A stretch of 17,980 nucleotides of DNA, taken from NCBI GenBank assembly GCA_000388065.2, contig KK198105.1; one strand, 5' to 3'. This stretch comes from Fonticula alba ATCC 38817 (taxonomy: Eukaryota > Protista > Nucleariida). A model generated the notes under the pieces. It saw only the letters and a list, made by a program, of their open reading frames with translations, made no database searches and had not been told where the DNA came from. Below are positions 8,170-17,963 of the stretch, in pieces (the stretch's first letter is position 1; each line of letters begins with the position of its first letter). A program made the position numbers and the translations under genes.

Positions 8170-8232
8170 CCACTTACTATTAACAGGAAATACACCAATA
8201 GAATAAAAAAACATTAAAATAATTTTTTTAAC

Positions 8233-8466
8233 ATGTGTAAGGAACAAAAGTTTGTTTTCTCTAAAGTAAGTTGGTTCATTCCAAAATCTGATGTAGCAGA
8301 AAAATTATATATTACAGATTATATTCAAAAAAATGAACAAATGCTCTTGTATCATGTAAAGAATAGAGCTAGTGGTGGATTCCTATTTTCAATAAAAGAC
8401 TTCTTAGATGAAATAGATTTAAATTTATTTCATCTAATTAAATGGAAACAATTTAAATTTTATTAG
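8233..8466 (+). CDS. Small hypothetical ORF (77 aa)
   Basis: Open frame only; no family recognised. Confidence 0.3.
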   Translation: MCKEQKFVFSKVSWFIPKSDVAEKLYITDYIQKNEQMLLYHVKNRASGGFLFSIKDFLDEIDLNLFHLIKWKQFKFY

Positions 8467-8626
8467 GGGATATACCTCCACAGATTTTATCTAATATCTA
8501 CCTAACTTAGGTAAAATATTACTTATTTAGTTATTAATTGCTTTAATTTATCTTATTTCTGAAAGAAAGAGTATTGAAAGGATTAATTTATTAAGTCCTT
8601 TTTGTAAAATATATAAACTATATCAG

Positions 8627-8653
8627 AATTATTTGTTGTGTATTTACTTTAGT
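8627..8653 (+). repeat. Left arm of a 27-bp inverted repeat (partner 13804-13830)
   Basis: aattatttgttgtgtatttactttagt vs reverse complement aattctttgttgtgtagttactttagt, 25 of 27 identical. Confidence 0.85.
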
Positions 8654-8770
8654 GGGGGGGGGGCTGTTTGTGTGTGGTTGTTATTAGGGTTTAGGGTTTT
8701 CTTGTTTTGTTTGTGTGGTGTTTGTGGTGGTTGTTTTTGTTTTTGTAATAATTTTTATAAAGATTATTTT

Positions 8771-9061
8771 ATGACATTTGATACTCTTTTTACTGTTTTT
8801 TTTATTCTATTGGTGTTGTCTCTTCTTTTTTTAGGGGGTTCATCATATTTGAAGGCGATAGTTTTATTGGAGGTTTGTGTTTTATTGAATTTTATGTATT
8901 TATCTTTTCAGGTGTCGTTATTTGGTGATCTAGCTGGTTTATCGTTTTTATTTTATGTTTTAGCGGTGGCGGCTAGTGAGACATCGGTAGGTTTTGCGTT
9001 GTTGGTTGCTTATTACAAAAATGTTGGGTCTATTTCTTTTAGTCCTTTATCAAGAAATTAA
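8771..9061 (+). CDS. nad4L: NADH dehydrogenase subunit 4L
   Basis: 96 aa with LLEVCVLLN and VLAVAASETSVGFALLVAYY (Nad4L A-A-x-E-x-x-x-G motif). ATG at 8771; the stop overlaps the nad5 ATG (TAATG). Confidence 0.93.
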   Translation: MTFDTLFTVFFILLVLSLLFLGGSSYLKAIVLLEVCVLLNFMYLSFQVSLFGDLAGLSFLFYVLAVAASETSVGFALLVAYYKNVGSISFSPLSRN

Positions 9062-10980
9062 TGTTGTTGTTGTTGTTGTTGTTGCCTTTATTATCTGGTA
9101 TTTTGACTTTATTGTTTGGGTTTTTTATAGGTAGAAATGGGGCGGTATTAATGACTGTTTTTAATATGTTTTTATTGGTGGTTTTATCATTTAAGTTATT
9201 TTTTGACGTGGGGGTTTTAGAGACTCCTATTTCTTTAGAAATTAGTGAGTGGTTTAGTTCGGGTTCATTGGTAGTTAATTGGTCTTTGCATGTGGATGCT
9301 TTGACTGTTACTATGTTGGTGGTTATTAATACTATTTCTTTTTTAGTTCATGCTTATTCTGTGTCTTATATGGAGAATGATCCTCATTTACAAAGGTTTA
9401 TGGCTTATTTGTCATTGTTTACTTTTTTTATGATAGTTTTAGTTACAGCAGACAACTTAGTTCAATCATTTGTTGGTTGGGAAGGTGTGGGGGTTATAAG
9501 CTATCTATTGATTAATTTTTGGTTTACTAGGATAAATGCTAATAAGTCGGCTATTAAGGCATTGTTGATGAATAGGGTGGGTGACTTGGGTATTTGTTTG
9601 GCTATGTATAGCTGTTTTTATACATTTGAGACATTGGATTATTCTTCGATTATGTTGTTAGTGTCTCATTCATTAGAGGATTTTATAGTTTTATTGGGTT
9701 TTGAATATAATGCTATTACTATTATATCATTTTTTATTTTTTTAGGGGCAGTTGGTAAATCTGCTCAGATTGGCTTACATACATGGTTGCCGGATGCTAT
9801 GGAGGGGCCTACTCCAGTGTCTGCACTTATTCATGCAGCTACTATGGTTACAGCAGGGGTGTTTATATTGATTAGGCTTTCAGGATTAATTGAGTATTCT
9901 ACAGCTGCATTAACGTTTATTACTATTGTGGGTGCAATAACATGTTTTTTTGCTGCATCTACTGCATTGGTTCAAAATGATATGAAGCGTATTATTGCCT
10001 TTTCTACATGTAGTCAATTAGGGTATATGGTTTTTGCATGTGGATTGTCTGGTTATACTGTTAGTTTGTTCCATTTAGCTAACCATGCTATATTTAAAGC
10101 ATTGTTGTTCTTAGCAGCAGGGGTTGTTATCCATGCGATAAATGATGAGCAAGATATAAGAAGAATGGGGGGGTTAATAAACCATTTACCATTTACTTAT
10201 TCATTAACATTGATAGGTTCATTAGCATTAATAGGTTTTCCTTATTTAACTGGGTATTATTCAAAAGATGTAATAGTTGAGTTAACTATAGCAAAACAAT
10301 CAACTCATGGATACTTTGCTTTATGGCTGGGGTCTATAACAGCTTTATTTACAGCATATTATTCTACAAGGTTATTATTTTATACTTTCTTAAATTATCC
10401 AAATAATTCTAAAAAAGTATTTAAAATAGCTCATGAAGGTTCATATCTAATGCTAATCCCATTATTTATATTAGGTATAGGAAGTATATACTCTGGATTC
10501 ATTACAAAAGAAATATTCTTAGGATGGGGATCTACATTTTGGAACAATTCTATATTTATTCATCCAGAAAACTATATTATAATAGACACACTATTCCTAC
10601 CAGACTATATGAAACTAATACCTGTATTTGCATCTTTCATAGGAATATACCTATTCATAAACATACAAATACTATACACAACACCATTTATTAAGAGCAA
10701 TAAACTTATGAAAGAAATACACAAATTCCTAAGCAATAAATGGTACTTTGACAAAATATACAACACAATAACAAAAACAATAACAAACATAGCATACAAC
10801 ATCACATACAACACAATAGACACAGGATACATAAACTCTATAACACTAGGAGCCATATACAAACACACCACAAACATAAACAAAACACAAAACAATACAA
10901 GCAAAAACCCACTAAACACACTAATCACAACAATATTCATAACAACAACACTAATCCTAACACTCTTTCTAATCAACTAA
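9061..10980 (+). CDS. nad5: NADH dehydrogenase subunit 5
   Basis: Motifs YMENDPH, FVGWEGVG, NRVGD, GKSAQIGLHTWLPDAMEGPTPVSALIHAATMVTAGV, KRIIAFSTCSQLGYM, GYYSKD. Confidence 0.99.
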   Translation: MLLLLLLLPLLSGILTLLFGFFIGRNGAVLMTVFNMFLLVVLSFKLFFDVGVLETPISLEISEWFSSGSLVVNWSLHVDALTVTMLVVINTISFLVHAYSVSYMENDPHLQRFMAYLSLFTFFMIVLVTADNLVQSFVGWEGVGVISYLLINFWFTRINANKSAIKALLMNRVGDLGICLAMYSCFYTFETLDYSSIMLLVSHSLEDFIVLLGFEYNAITIISFFIFLGAVGKSAQIGLHTWLPDAMEGPTPVSALIHAATMVTAGVFILIRLSGLIEYSTAALTFITIVGAITCFFAASTALVQNDMKRIIAFSTCSQLGYMVFACGLSGYTVSLFHLANHAIFKALLFLAAGVVIHAINDEQDIRRMGGLINHLPFTYSLTLIGSLALIGFPYLTGYYSKDVIVELTIAKQSTHGYFALWLGSITALFTAYYSTRLLFYTFLNYPNNSKKVFKIAHEGSYLMLIPLFILGIGSIYSGFITKEIFLGWGSTFWNNSIFIHPENYIIIDTLFLPDYMKLIPVFASFIGIYLFINIQILYTTPFIKSNKLMKEIHKFLSNKWYFDKIYNTITKTITNIAYNITYNTIDTGYINSITLGAIYKHTTNINKTQNNTSKNPLNTLITTIFITTTLILTLFLIN

Positions 10981-10989
10981 AAAAAAAAA

Positions 10990-11421
10990 ATGATAGTATC
11001 AAGACTAAACTATACTTCTTTTTCTTTAGTTAATACACCTAGCATAGAACACAGTGTATTCTTATACTCTGCTATTCTAGCTATGACTCTTTCTCTAGTA
11101 ATATATACTGCTGGATACTGTGTAACAAATAACCACAGAACAGACCTAAACAAAATAAGTGCTTATGAGTGTGGATACAGTCCAAACTCTCACGAATCAA
11201 ACCAATACAATGCAAACTTCATAATAATATGTCTATTATTCCTACTAATAGACCTAGAAATACTATTCCTAGTACCATTCCTATACACTGTTGACTCCAT
11301 AGACACTACCACATGGAATATCTTCATATACTGTATGTGCACTATCATAGGAGGAATAATATTCGAACTACTAACAAGCTCGTTCGGAAAACTAGGTAAA
11401 ATCATCAAACAAAACAAATAA
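10990..11421 (+). CDS. nad3: NADH dehydrogenase subunit 3 (divergent)
   Basis: KISAYECGY and LLFLLIDLEILFLVP motifs. It has an N-terminal extension and an atypical C-terminus. Confidence 0.9.
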   Translation: MIVSRLNYTSFSLVNTPSIEHSVFLYSAILAMTLSLVIYTAGYCVTNNHRTDLNKISAYECGYSPNSHESNQYNANFIIICLLFLLIDLEILFLVPFLYTVDSIDTTTWNIFIYCMCTIIGGIIFELLTSSFGKLGKIIKQNK

Positions 11422-11422
11422 A

Positions 11423-11489
11423 GAGTTTATAGCTCAACGGCTAGAGCAAGTATATACACCTGATATGGGTTCGAATCCCATTAAACTCC
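11423..11489 (+). ncRNA. tRNA-like element with trnK-identical acceptor stem and shortened anticodon region
   Basis: GAGTTTA-TA-GCTC-AACGGCTA-GAGC-A-(16 nt)-ATGGG-TTCGAAT-CCCAT-TAAACTC-C. Only 16 nt lie between position 26 and the T-stem (normally 21-22). Confidence 0.75.
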
Positions 11490-12107
11490 ATAAGAAATAA
11501 ATATTATAAACACATTGGGGATTTACAGTATGTAAAGTAATTTATCTGTACTATTTATATAACAAGATAGTACATACTCTACCTGAATTTTATGGCTAAA
11601 TCCTTGTTGTATTTTAAATTTAGTTTTTGTGATAAAAACATAAATTAATTTAATTATATAGTAGACACAACAGTCGTGTATATTATGGGATTTTTAATAT
11701 AAACTATTAAAATACCCATAGATCTATATAGCCCTATACAACAATATTATATAGGGCTAACTCTAACAATACATAAATAATGTAGTGTTTATCTAGAATA
11801 TATTCATGTGTTAAATCTTATATAAATATATAATAAATATATTATACCTAATCTAACCTGAAGAGGAATAAATAATATTATAAAATAAAATAAAAATAAT
11901 TTTTATTTTATAAATGTGTATTTTATAATACTAATACATTAATAAAACAATATAGAACCAGACATGTAAGTGTCAACCCCATATAATAAAAATAATAAGT
12001 TCTTAGGTTAGATTTAGTATGCTATAGACTAACTATCAAAACTACATAAATATTTATATTCATTAGGTAGATAAAAAACTTATTGATCTAGTACATAATA
12101 CTTATAC

Positions 12108-12139
12108 TAAATATAAATATAATATTATATTTATATTTA
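12108..12139. repeat. Perfect 32-bp AT-only palindrome
   Basis: taaatataaatataat followed by attatatttatattta. Confidence 0.9.
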
Positions 12140-13803
12140 AATACACTTATTCAGGGTACATCCTAACTATGATTAGATAAGGTATAAGTTTCTAAACGAT
12201 GGTCTGTCAGTACCTTCCCTTTATTAAATTCTAAATAAAATAGATATAACTAAAAAAAGTATATAATATACAATACATTATAAATAATTCTATTAAATTA
12301 ATAAATGTATTGGGGACTGCTAAATAACCCAAATTATTAAAACATATAATATCTAACTCTAAAATATAAAGCCTTAAAATATGAATAAGCACCCCAATAC
12401 ATCCTATAGCTAAAATATTATACTATAATATTAATAGCATATATTCTAAGTCTTATTTTGCGGGATAATTAATAAACAGAAATTATTTTGGACTGAAAAA
12501 AAAACTAGGGGCCTAGTTTTTTTAATATAAACTAATTTTAAACAGGTTCCTATTAAAACATATTGGTAATAACTAATAATAGGTGCTGGTTCTAATATGT
12601 TTTAATAATTTTAGGTTTATTAAATAAAAACAATATTGTTTAAATATTGTTTGTACCTTATATTTTAAAGATATATATATTATACCAATAATGTAGGCTG
12701 AATTAGCATATTTAAATAGAATTATAAACCCCCTACTTTTAAAATGTCCTATCAAGCTTCTCTAAATACACAGCTATTATTTCTATCTAGAGAGTTATAT
12801 TCTAGATTATAACCCACTAGTTTTAGCCAGTACAGCCTTGGACAAATACATCAACCCTTCTTCACTATAAGCCTATACTATAGGAGCATTGTGTTAGAGG
12901 AAATACACTTAATAAATTGAGTTCACTAACATATTGGTGACTGCAAGCCATGATTTTATATAAGAAAGTCTTCACATATAATTCATTCATAAGTAAAGAG
13001 CTCTAACTCTAGTAGGTTCTAACTATTAGATAGTAAGAACTAACACAGTTAGCCTCACACCTACTACCAAACACTATTTTGATTAAGAACTTAATCACTA
13101 ATTTAAAATTAACATTAGAATTACATAATAAACCTAAAGACATTATAATACAGATAAATTAATCAAAATTACAATAATATAAACTAGTCTAAACCTACGC
13201 ACTAAAAATAAAATTATAAATGTTTTTATATTAATAGTGTAAAACTAAGATTATACCCATTAGCTATTGTAATGCTATATCTTCCTAGTAGACCTGTGCT
13301 ATATCTAAAACAATATAAATATAACCCAAACAATATCTACTAGGAAAATACTACTATATAAATAACTGCAAGTAGTGTATACACACCTATCAACTCAATT
13401 ATAATTTAGCCAGAGTCTTAACAGAGCTTAGTTCACGATTATTTCCTAAAATAATATCCAATAAATACATTTTCTAAGAAATAGCTTAACTAAAATAAAA
13501 CAATGATACAGAGCTAGAATTAACCCTTGTAATTCATAAGTCTATAACCATAGATTTATGAATCTAACGAGATACACACTGGAAAATCATAAGGGTATTA
13601 TGACTCATATAATATTAGCACTAAAAATGATATAAATACTACAAAAACTATAGCTCTCAACCCCACCCATAACACCATTACTTTAACAAGAAAAATAAAC
13701 TGCTATAAAATTAAGACAGAACAAAATACTGTATATAGCCACATATAGATGTCCTGTACTATTCAATTCGTATAATATCTTTTTAATTAAAACCATAATA
13801 CTA

Positions 13804-13830
13804 ACTAAAGTAACTACACAACAAAGAATT
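13804..13830 (-). repeat. Right arm of the 27-bp inverted repeat, overlapping the left edge of module copy 3
   Basis: Reverse complement matches 8627-8653 at 25 of 27 positions. Confidence 0.85.
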
Positions 13831-13962
13831 AGTTTACAGGCAAGGGGATTCGAACCCATTCACAGGTAAACCTGCTCTTTCCTAGACCTGAAAAAAAAAA
13901 AATTATTAAATGTTTTTTATTTAATAAATAAAAAATCTATCAGGGATTTTTTTTATGGTATC
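13818..13962 (-). repeat. Repeat module copy 3 (tRNA-like element 13835-13892, A12 tract, two hairpins)
   Basis: Matches copy 1 through atggtatc and copy 2 from acaacaaagaatta. Confidence 0.95.
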
Positions 13963-13976
13963 GTCTTTGTTTATAT

Positions 13977-14927
13977 TTAATATTTGTTATTGTTTTGGTT
14001 GATAATGTTGTTTGTCCATGTAGTGTAGTTGTATTGGTGTGTTGTTTTGTTTGTTATGTTGTGTTGTAGTATGCTTCCTATTGTTGGGTTTGTTTGCCTG
14101 TTGTGGTTGTTAATGTTTGGGTTTGTTGTGTGGTTTGCTTGTAATGGAGTTAATGTTTCTCTGAGTTCATTTGGTGTGTTGTTTTGTGTTGTTTCTTGAG
14201 TGATTCCTATAGTTTTTAAATAGCTTATCCAATTTTGGTGGATGTTGTTTTGTGTTGCTTCTATTGCTAATTTTGTTAGTTCTTTGTTTGGAGTTTTTGG
14301 GTGGGCTTTTGCGTAGTTTTCTTTAACTGTTTTTGCAAATTCTTTATATTCACTCTCTGACATTAAGTTTAATGCTCGGGCAGTGCTGTTGTAGAATTGA
14401 GTGTAAGAGTGGGAGTTTGATAGGGCTGTGCAATGTAATGATTGTGAGTTGTGAAAGAATTCTACTGCTTTGTCTTCTGAATAAGTTTCGGCGTATTCTT
14501 TGAATTCTTCAGAATAAGTTGTGTCTAGTTTATTGTCTAATTTATCTAGCCATTCTATAATTTCACTGGCTTTTAATAGTCCTGCTGTTTTATATGAATT
14601 CATATGAGAGTTCATATAAATATAGTGTATTCCTTTATAAGTATCGAATCTAGTAGGAGATCCCTCAGATACTAATGTTTTATTTAAGATATAGGCTTTT
14701 TTTAAGTCTTCTGCTTGAGAGTTAAATAATAGTTGGAATAAAGATCCTTTACTCATTATGAATGAGTCGATTAATGGTCTTATTAAATAAGGCTTAGAAA
14801 TCTTTGTAGGGATTGTTTCAGGGAGTTTTTCTGTGATTATTACACTTGATATTTCACCCCAGTATCCCATATCAAAAAGGATTAGGTTAACAGTAGAAAG
14901 AAGCATATTATACAAATTAGATAGCAT
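13977..14927 (-). CDS. Hypothetical protein (316 aa) with a Thr/Asn/Gln-rich low-complexity C-terminus
   Basis: Long intact ORF in AT-rich DNA; no family recognised. Confidence 0.65.
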   Translation of the reverse strand: MLSNLYNMLLSTVNLILFDMGYWGEISSVIITEKLPETIPTKISKPYLIRPLIDSFIMSKGSLFQLLFNSQAEDLKKAYILNKTLVSEGSPTRFDTYKGIHYIYMNSHMNSYKTAGLLKASEIIEWLDKLDNKLDTTYSEEFKEYAETYSEDKAVEFFHNSQSLHCTALSNSHSYTQFYNSTARALNLMSESEYKEFAKTVKENYAKAHPKTPNKELTKLAIEATQNNIHQNWISYLKTIGITQETTQNNTPNELRETLTPLQANHTTNPNINNHNRQTNPTIGSILQHNITNKTTHQYNYTTWTNNIINQNNNKY

Positions 14928-15717
14928 TTTTTTTTTTTTTCACGTCATCATTTTTTGTAAAGCATTTTTTAGTGTTAGTTGCTTTTTCTAACATTTTAGT
15001 AGGGTGTATTCCTTCTGGTATAATTTTAACCTTAATGTTTTTTTTGATGTTGGCAATTCTATTTAATTTTTTTATGTTTAATTCTTTTGTGTTTGGTGTA
15101 GTTTTAGCTAGTTTAGGGCTTATGTTCTCTTCTTTATGGTTTTTGATAAAGAAGTTTACTAGTCTTACTCTTAGTCTTTTCATTTGTAATATTCTATTTT
15201 TTAGAGCTACTGTTCTTTTTCTAGATTTTGTAGTATAGAATTCCATGCGATTTTTTCTAGAATATATTGTTAAATGTTTAGTTTGTACATTCCTAAAATG
15301 ATTTAATGATACAAGTAGTTTTTTAGGGAGTCCATCTACTCCGTTTAAGTTTTTAATGTGTTGTAATATTAAGTTTTTATAGACTGAAAGTTTTCTTGAG
15401 CCCAACATTAAAAAATGTTTTTTAGATTGTCTTCCCATTCTAATGTTTATGTATTTACTTATTGGTAATGATTCAGATGTTAGGTACATATAGTATTCAT
15501 ATGGGCTAACACCATCATTCTCTCTTGATAATATATATACTTGATTTAAAGCATTATGCATTTTTTGACTTTTACCATTTTTTATAAAACCTTTTCTTAT
15601 TTTTTCTGTTACAAAATTATCTTGGTAATCTAAGTGTTTATAACCTGCTCCTAAGTTTATTTTTTTAGGGGAGTGACTATAAGATTTATGATTATAATTA
15701 TATATTATATTATTCAT
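14917..15717 (-). CDS. rps7: Divergent ribosomal protein S7 with N- and C-terminal extensions
   Basis: KIRKGFIKNGKSQKMHNAL resembles the S7 (M)KxGKK-helix. SPYEYY...PISKYINIRMGRQ...RKLSVYKNLI follows the S7 P-x6-R-x-G...R spacing. The protein is strongly basic. Confidence 0.7.
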   Translation of the reverse strand: MNNIIYNYNHKSYSHSPKKINLGAGYKHLDYQDNFVTEKIRKGFIKNGKSQKMHNALNQVYILSRENDGVSPYEYYMYLTSESLPISKYINIRMGRQSKKHFLMLGSRKLSVYKNLILQHIKNLNGVDGLPKKLLVSLNHFRNVQTKHLTIYSRKNRMEFYTTKSRKRTVALKNRILQMKRLRVRLVNFFIKNHKEENISPKLAKTTPNTKELNIKKLNRIANIKKNIKVKIIPEGIHPTKMLEKATNTKKCFTKNDDVKKKKNAI

Positions 15718-15767
15718 ATAATATGAAATATAATTAATTTACAAACTATATCTGGGTACTTAATAAA

Positions 15768-17963
15768 TCAATATTTAAAACATGTTGAGACTATTTCCTC
15801 ATCTATTTCTTTAAGAAGTAGACAGAGCTTATATATCTCAATGGCTTTTTTTATCTCTACTATACTGGGAGTATAGTCCATTAACACCTGCCTAGTTTTT
15901 AAACATTTTTTTAAATAATCTATTAATAAAATAATATTTTCATTCTCTATCTCTTGATAAATATTATTAAATAGCATAATGTTTAACTTTCCTTCAGCTA
16001 ATAACTTAATTAATTCTGACGTAAAACAACTATCAGGCTTTGTTAATTTAAACCATCTTAAATGTTCTAATGATTTGTTGTGTGTTTTATATTTAATTCT
16101 ATGTATCTTTTTTTCTAGATTAGATGAATCTAAGTTACTATTTACTAAAAAAGTCCTTAACTCATCTTTAGTAAAGTCTAATTCAGGAAATAACAAGTTT
16201 AAAGTGTCTTTAATAAATTCTGTATTATTATACTTATATAATTCTGTTTTTACTCTCCTTGTATAAAGAGAGTTTAAGTCTTTAGATAAAACTACATTAT
16301 TATATGTATTACAATTAATATAATTTTTCATTATATTAAATAAGAAATCCCTTCCTCTAAAAGAACCCTGCTCATAAAAAGGCTCCCCCCTTTTAGATAA
16401 AGGTTTTATCGCCCCCTTTTTAAAAAAGAATTTTGTCCTATTAGTATATTTTGTTAATCCTATTCTTTTGTTTTGTCTCAATATTCTTTTCTTTACTCTA
16501 TGGGCTATAACCCTTTTATAATGATAAGTAAATAAACAATTGGCATATTTATGGACCATTCCAAAGATAGATTTTCTTAACCTAGGTTTATTTTTAGTTA
16601 AGAAAAATTTATTACATCTTTTTCTAAGCCTCAATAGACGATATGGTTTATATCTTAATATCCTAACGTTTTTAATCTTTAATTTAATTCTTCTTTCTAT
16701 TTTTAAGTTAGCTAAATCTTGTTTATCTTGGATCTTTTGTCTAGCTGCATACTTAAAAGAAAATTTCCTTTCAACTTTTTGAAATAAAAATCCTCTAAAA
16801 TGGCCTATCCTAGCCATAGTTGAAAATGTGTTAGGATCCATTATATTAAAAGTATTAAAAAACCTGGATGTTAATCTAACATCCACTGCATTTCTTGCTA
16901 GACTATAAATAAGGCGCTTGTCCTCTAAAAAATATGGCCATTTAATATTTTTATTATTAATTTTATTATAATCTTTTAACTCTGAGAAAGAGTTAAAATA
17001 ATATAATTTAGATTTACCCTCTTTTTTAATATATATAGGATCAGGAAAAATATCTGGGTTATTTAATAAAAAATTATTAAATGATTTAGAACTTTTAGTT
17101 TTTAAATTATACTTATAACGACCTACAACATATTTAAATATAGCTAATCGTGACCTCCTCCACTTAAATTTATACTTAGATCTAATAGTTAACTTATCTT
17201 GTTTATACTTTAAAATATAAAAAGTGTTAAAAGAGCCATGAATTAAACGCTCTAATCTATAAAATAAAACTTTATCTTTTAAATTAGCCCTATTACTAAT
17301 AATTTTAAAATATTTATTAATAGCCAACCTTATAAAATGAAATAAGCCCCTATTCAACTCAGTAAACGTATTCAACCCACCAAATTTATAATTCTTTGAA
17401 TACACTTCACTAAACTCAGATTTCTTATAAGAATTATACCCAGAAATCTTTAAAAATAACTCCCTCTCATACCTCTTATACTTAATAAAAGCATGAGAAG
17501 AACCCTTACGCTCATAAAAATACCTATAATTATAAAAAAAAAAAGGATCTCTAACACCAACATACTTCAACCTCCCATATTTTTTTAAATCATATAACAT
17601 CAAAAACCTCCTCTTATTAAAAAAATTACGCCTCCTTAAAAAAAAAGGAAGCCTCCTAAATTGACCCAAAACATCTTTAGATTCACACTTCAAATTCACC
17701 AACCTACCCCTCTTATTAAAAACCCTATAAAACTTAATAGAATTAGGCAAAGAAACATGAACCCTCCTAAACTCCAACTGAGACAAATCATCAATAACAC
17801 CAGAAACCGATAAAACCGGCAAACCAACCCCACCAGCTGCCAACAAATCCAATACAGCCCCCTTCAAAAACAACAACTCCAAATCATTAAAATCCAACAA
17901 ATAAACAGACCTAATACCGTCCAAATTCAAATACTCTCCTCTCACAAATAAAATATTTTTCAT
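15768..17963 (-). CDS. Large basic (Lys/Arg-rich) hypothetical protein, possibly a highly expanded mitoribosomal protein
   Basis: 731-codon ORF directly upstream of and co-oriented with rps7. No diagnostic motif recognised. Confidence 0.7.
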   Translation of the reverse strand: MKNILFVRGEYLNLDGIRSVYLLDFNDLELLFLKGAVLDLLAAGGVGLPVLSVSGVIDDLSQLEFRRVHVSLPNSIKFYRVFNKRGRLVNLKCESKDVLGQFRRLPFFLRRRNFFNKRRFLMLYDLKKYGRLKYVGVRDPFFFYNYRYFYERKGSSHAFIKYKRYERELFLKISGYNSYKKSEFSEVYSKNYKFGGLNTFTELNRGLFHFIRLAINKYFKIISNRANLKDKVLFYRLERLIHGSFNTFYILKYKQDKLTIRSKYKFKWRRSRLAIFKYVVGRYKYNLKTKSSKSFNNFLLNNPDIFPDPIYIKKEGKSKLYYFNSFSELKDYNKINNKNIKWPYFLEDKRLIYSLARNAVDVRLTSRFFNTFNIMDPNTFSTMARIGHFRGFLFQKVERKFSFKYAARQKIQDKQDLANLKIERRIKLKIKNVRILRYKPYRLLRLRKRCNKFFLTKNKPRLRKSIFGMVHKYANCLFTYHYKRVIAHRVKKRILRQNKRIGLTKYTNRTKFFFKKGAIKPLSKRGEPFYEQGSFRGRDFLFNIMKNYINCNTYNNVVLSKDLNSLYTRRVKTELYKYNNTEFIKDTLNLLFPELDFTKDELRTFLVNSNLDSSNLEKKIHRIKYKTHNKSLEHLRWFKLTKPDSCFTSELIKLLAEGKLNIMLFNNIYQEIENENIILLIDYLKKCLKTRQVLMDYTPSIVEIKKAIEIYKLCLLLKEIDEEIVSTCFKY

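Noticed and set aside
8633-8770. TTG-initiated N-terminal extension of nad4L in the ORF track
   Set aside because: Low-complexity G/T tract (Cys/Gly/Phe/Val) that stays open because it lacks A. The ATG at 8771 gives a normal-length Nad4L.
11423-11489. Mitochondrial tmRNA (ssrA) tRNA-like domain
   Set aside because: No G3-U70 alanine identity pair (it has G3-C70) and the acceptor stem is a copy of trnK.
12573-12755. 60-aa minus-strand ORF
   Set aside because: Short, in very AT-rich spacer, with no recognisable motif.
11500-13800. Possible decayed ORFs or introns in the long spacers (also 1040-1700 and 2420-3900)
   Set aside because: Frames I tested were short and stop-rich, and no group I or II intron core or known gene motif was seen.
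1-13962. CRISPR array or autonomous transposon explanation for the repeat modules
   Set aside because: Copies are kilobases apart with no spacer periodicity. No cas, transposase, integrase or reverse transcriptase motifs were recognised.
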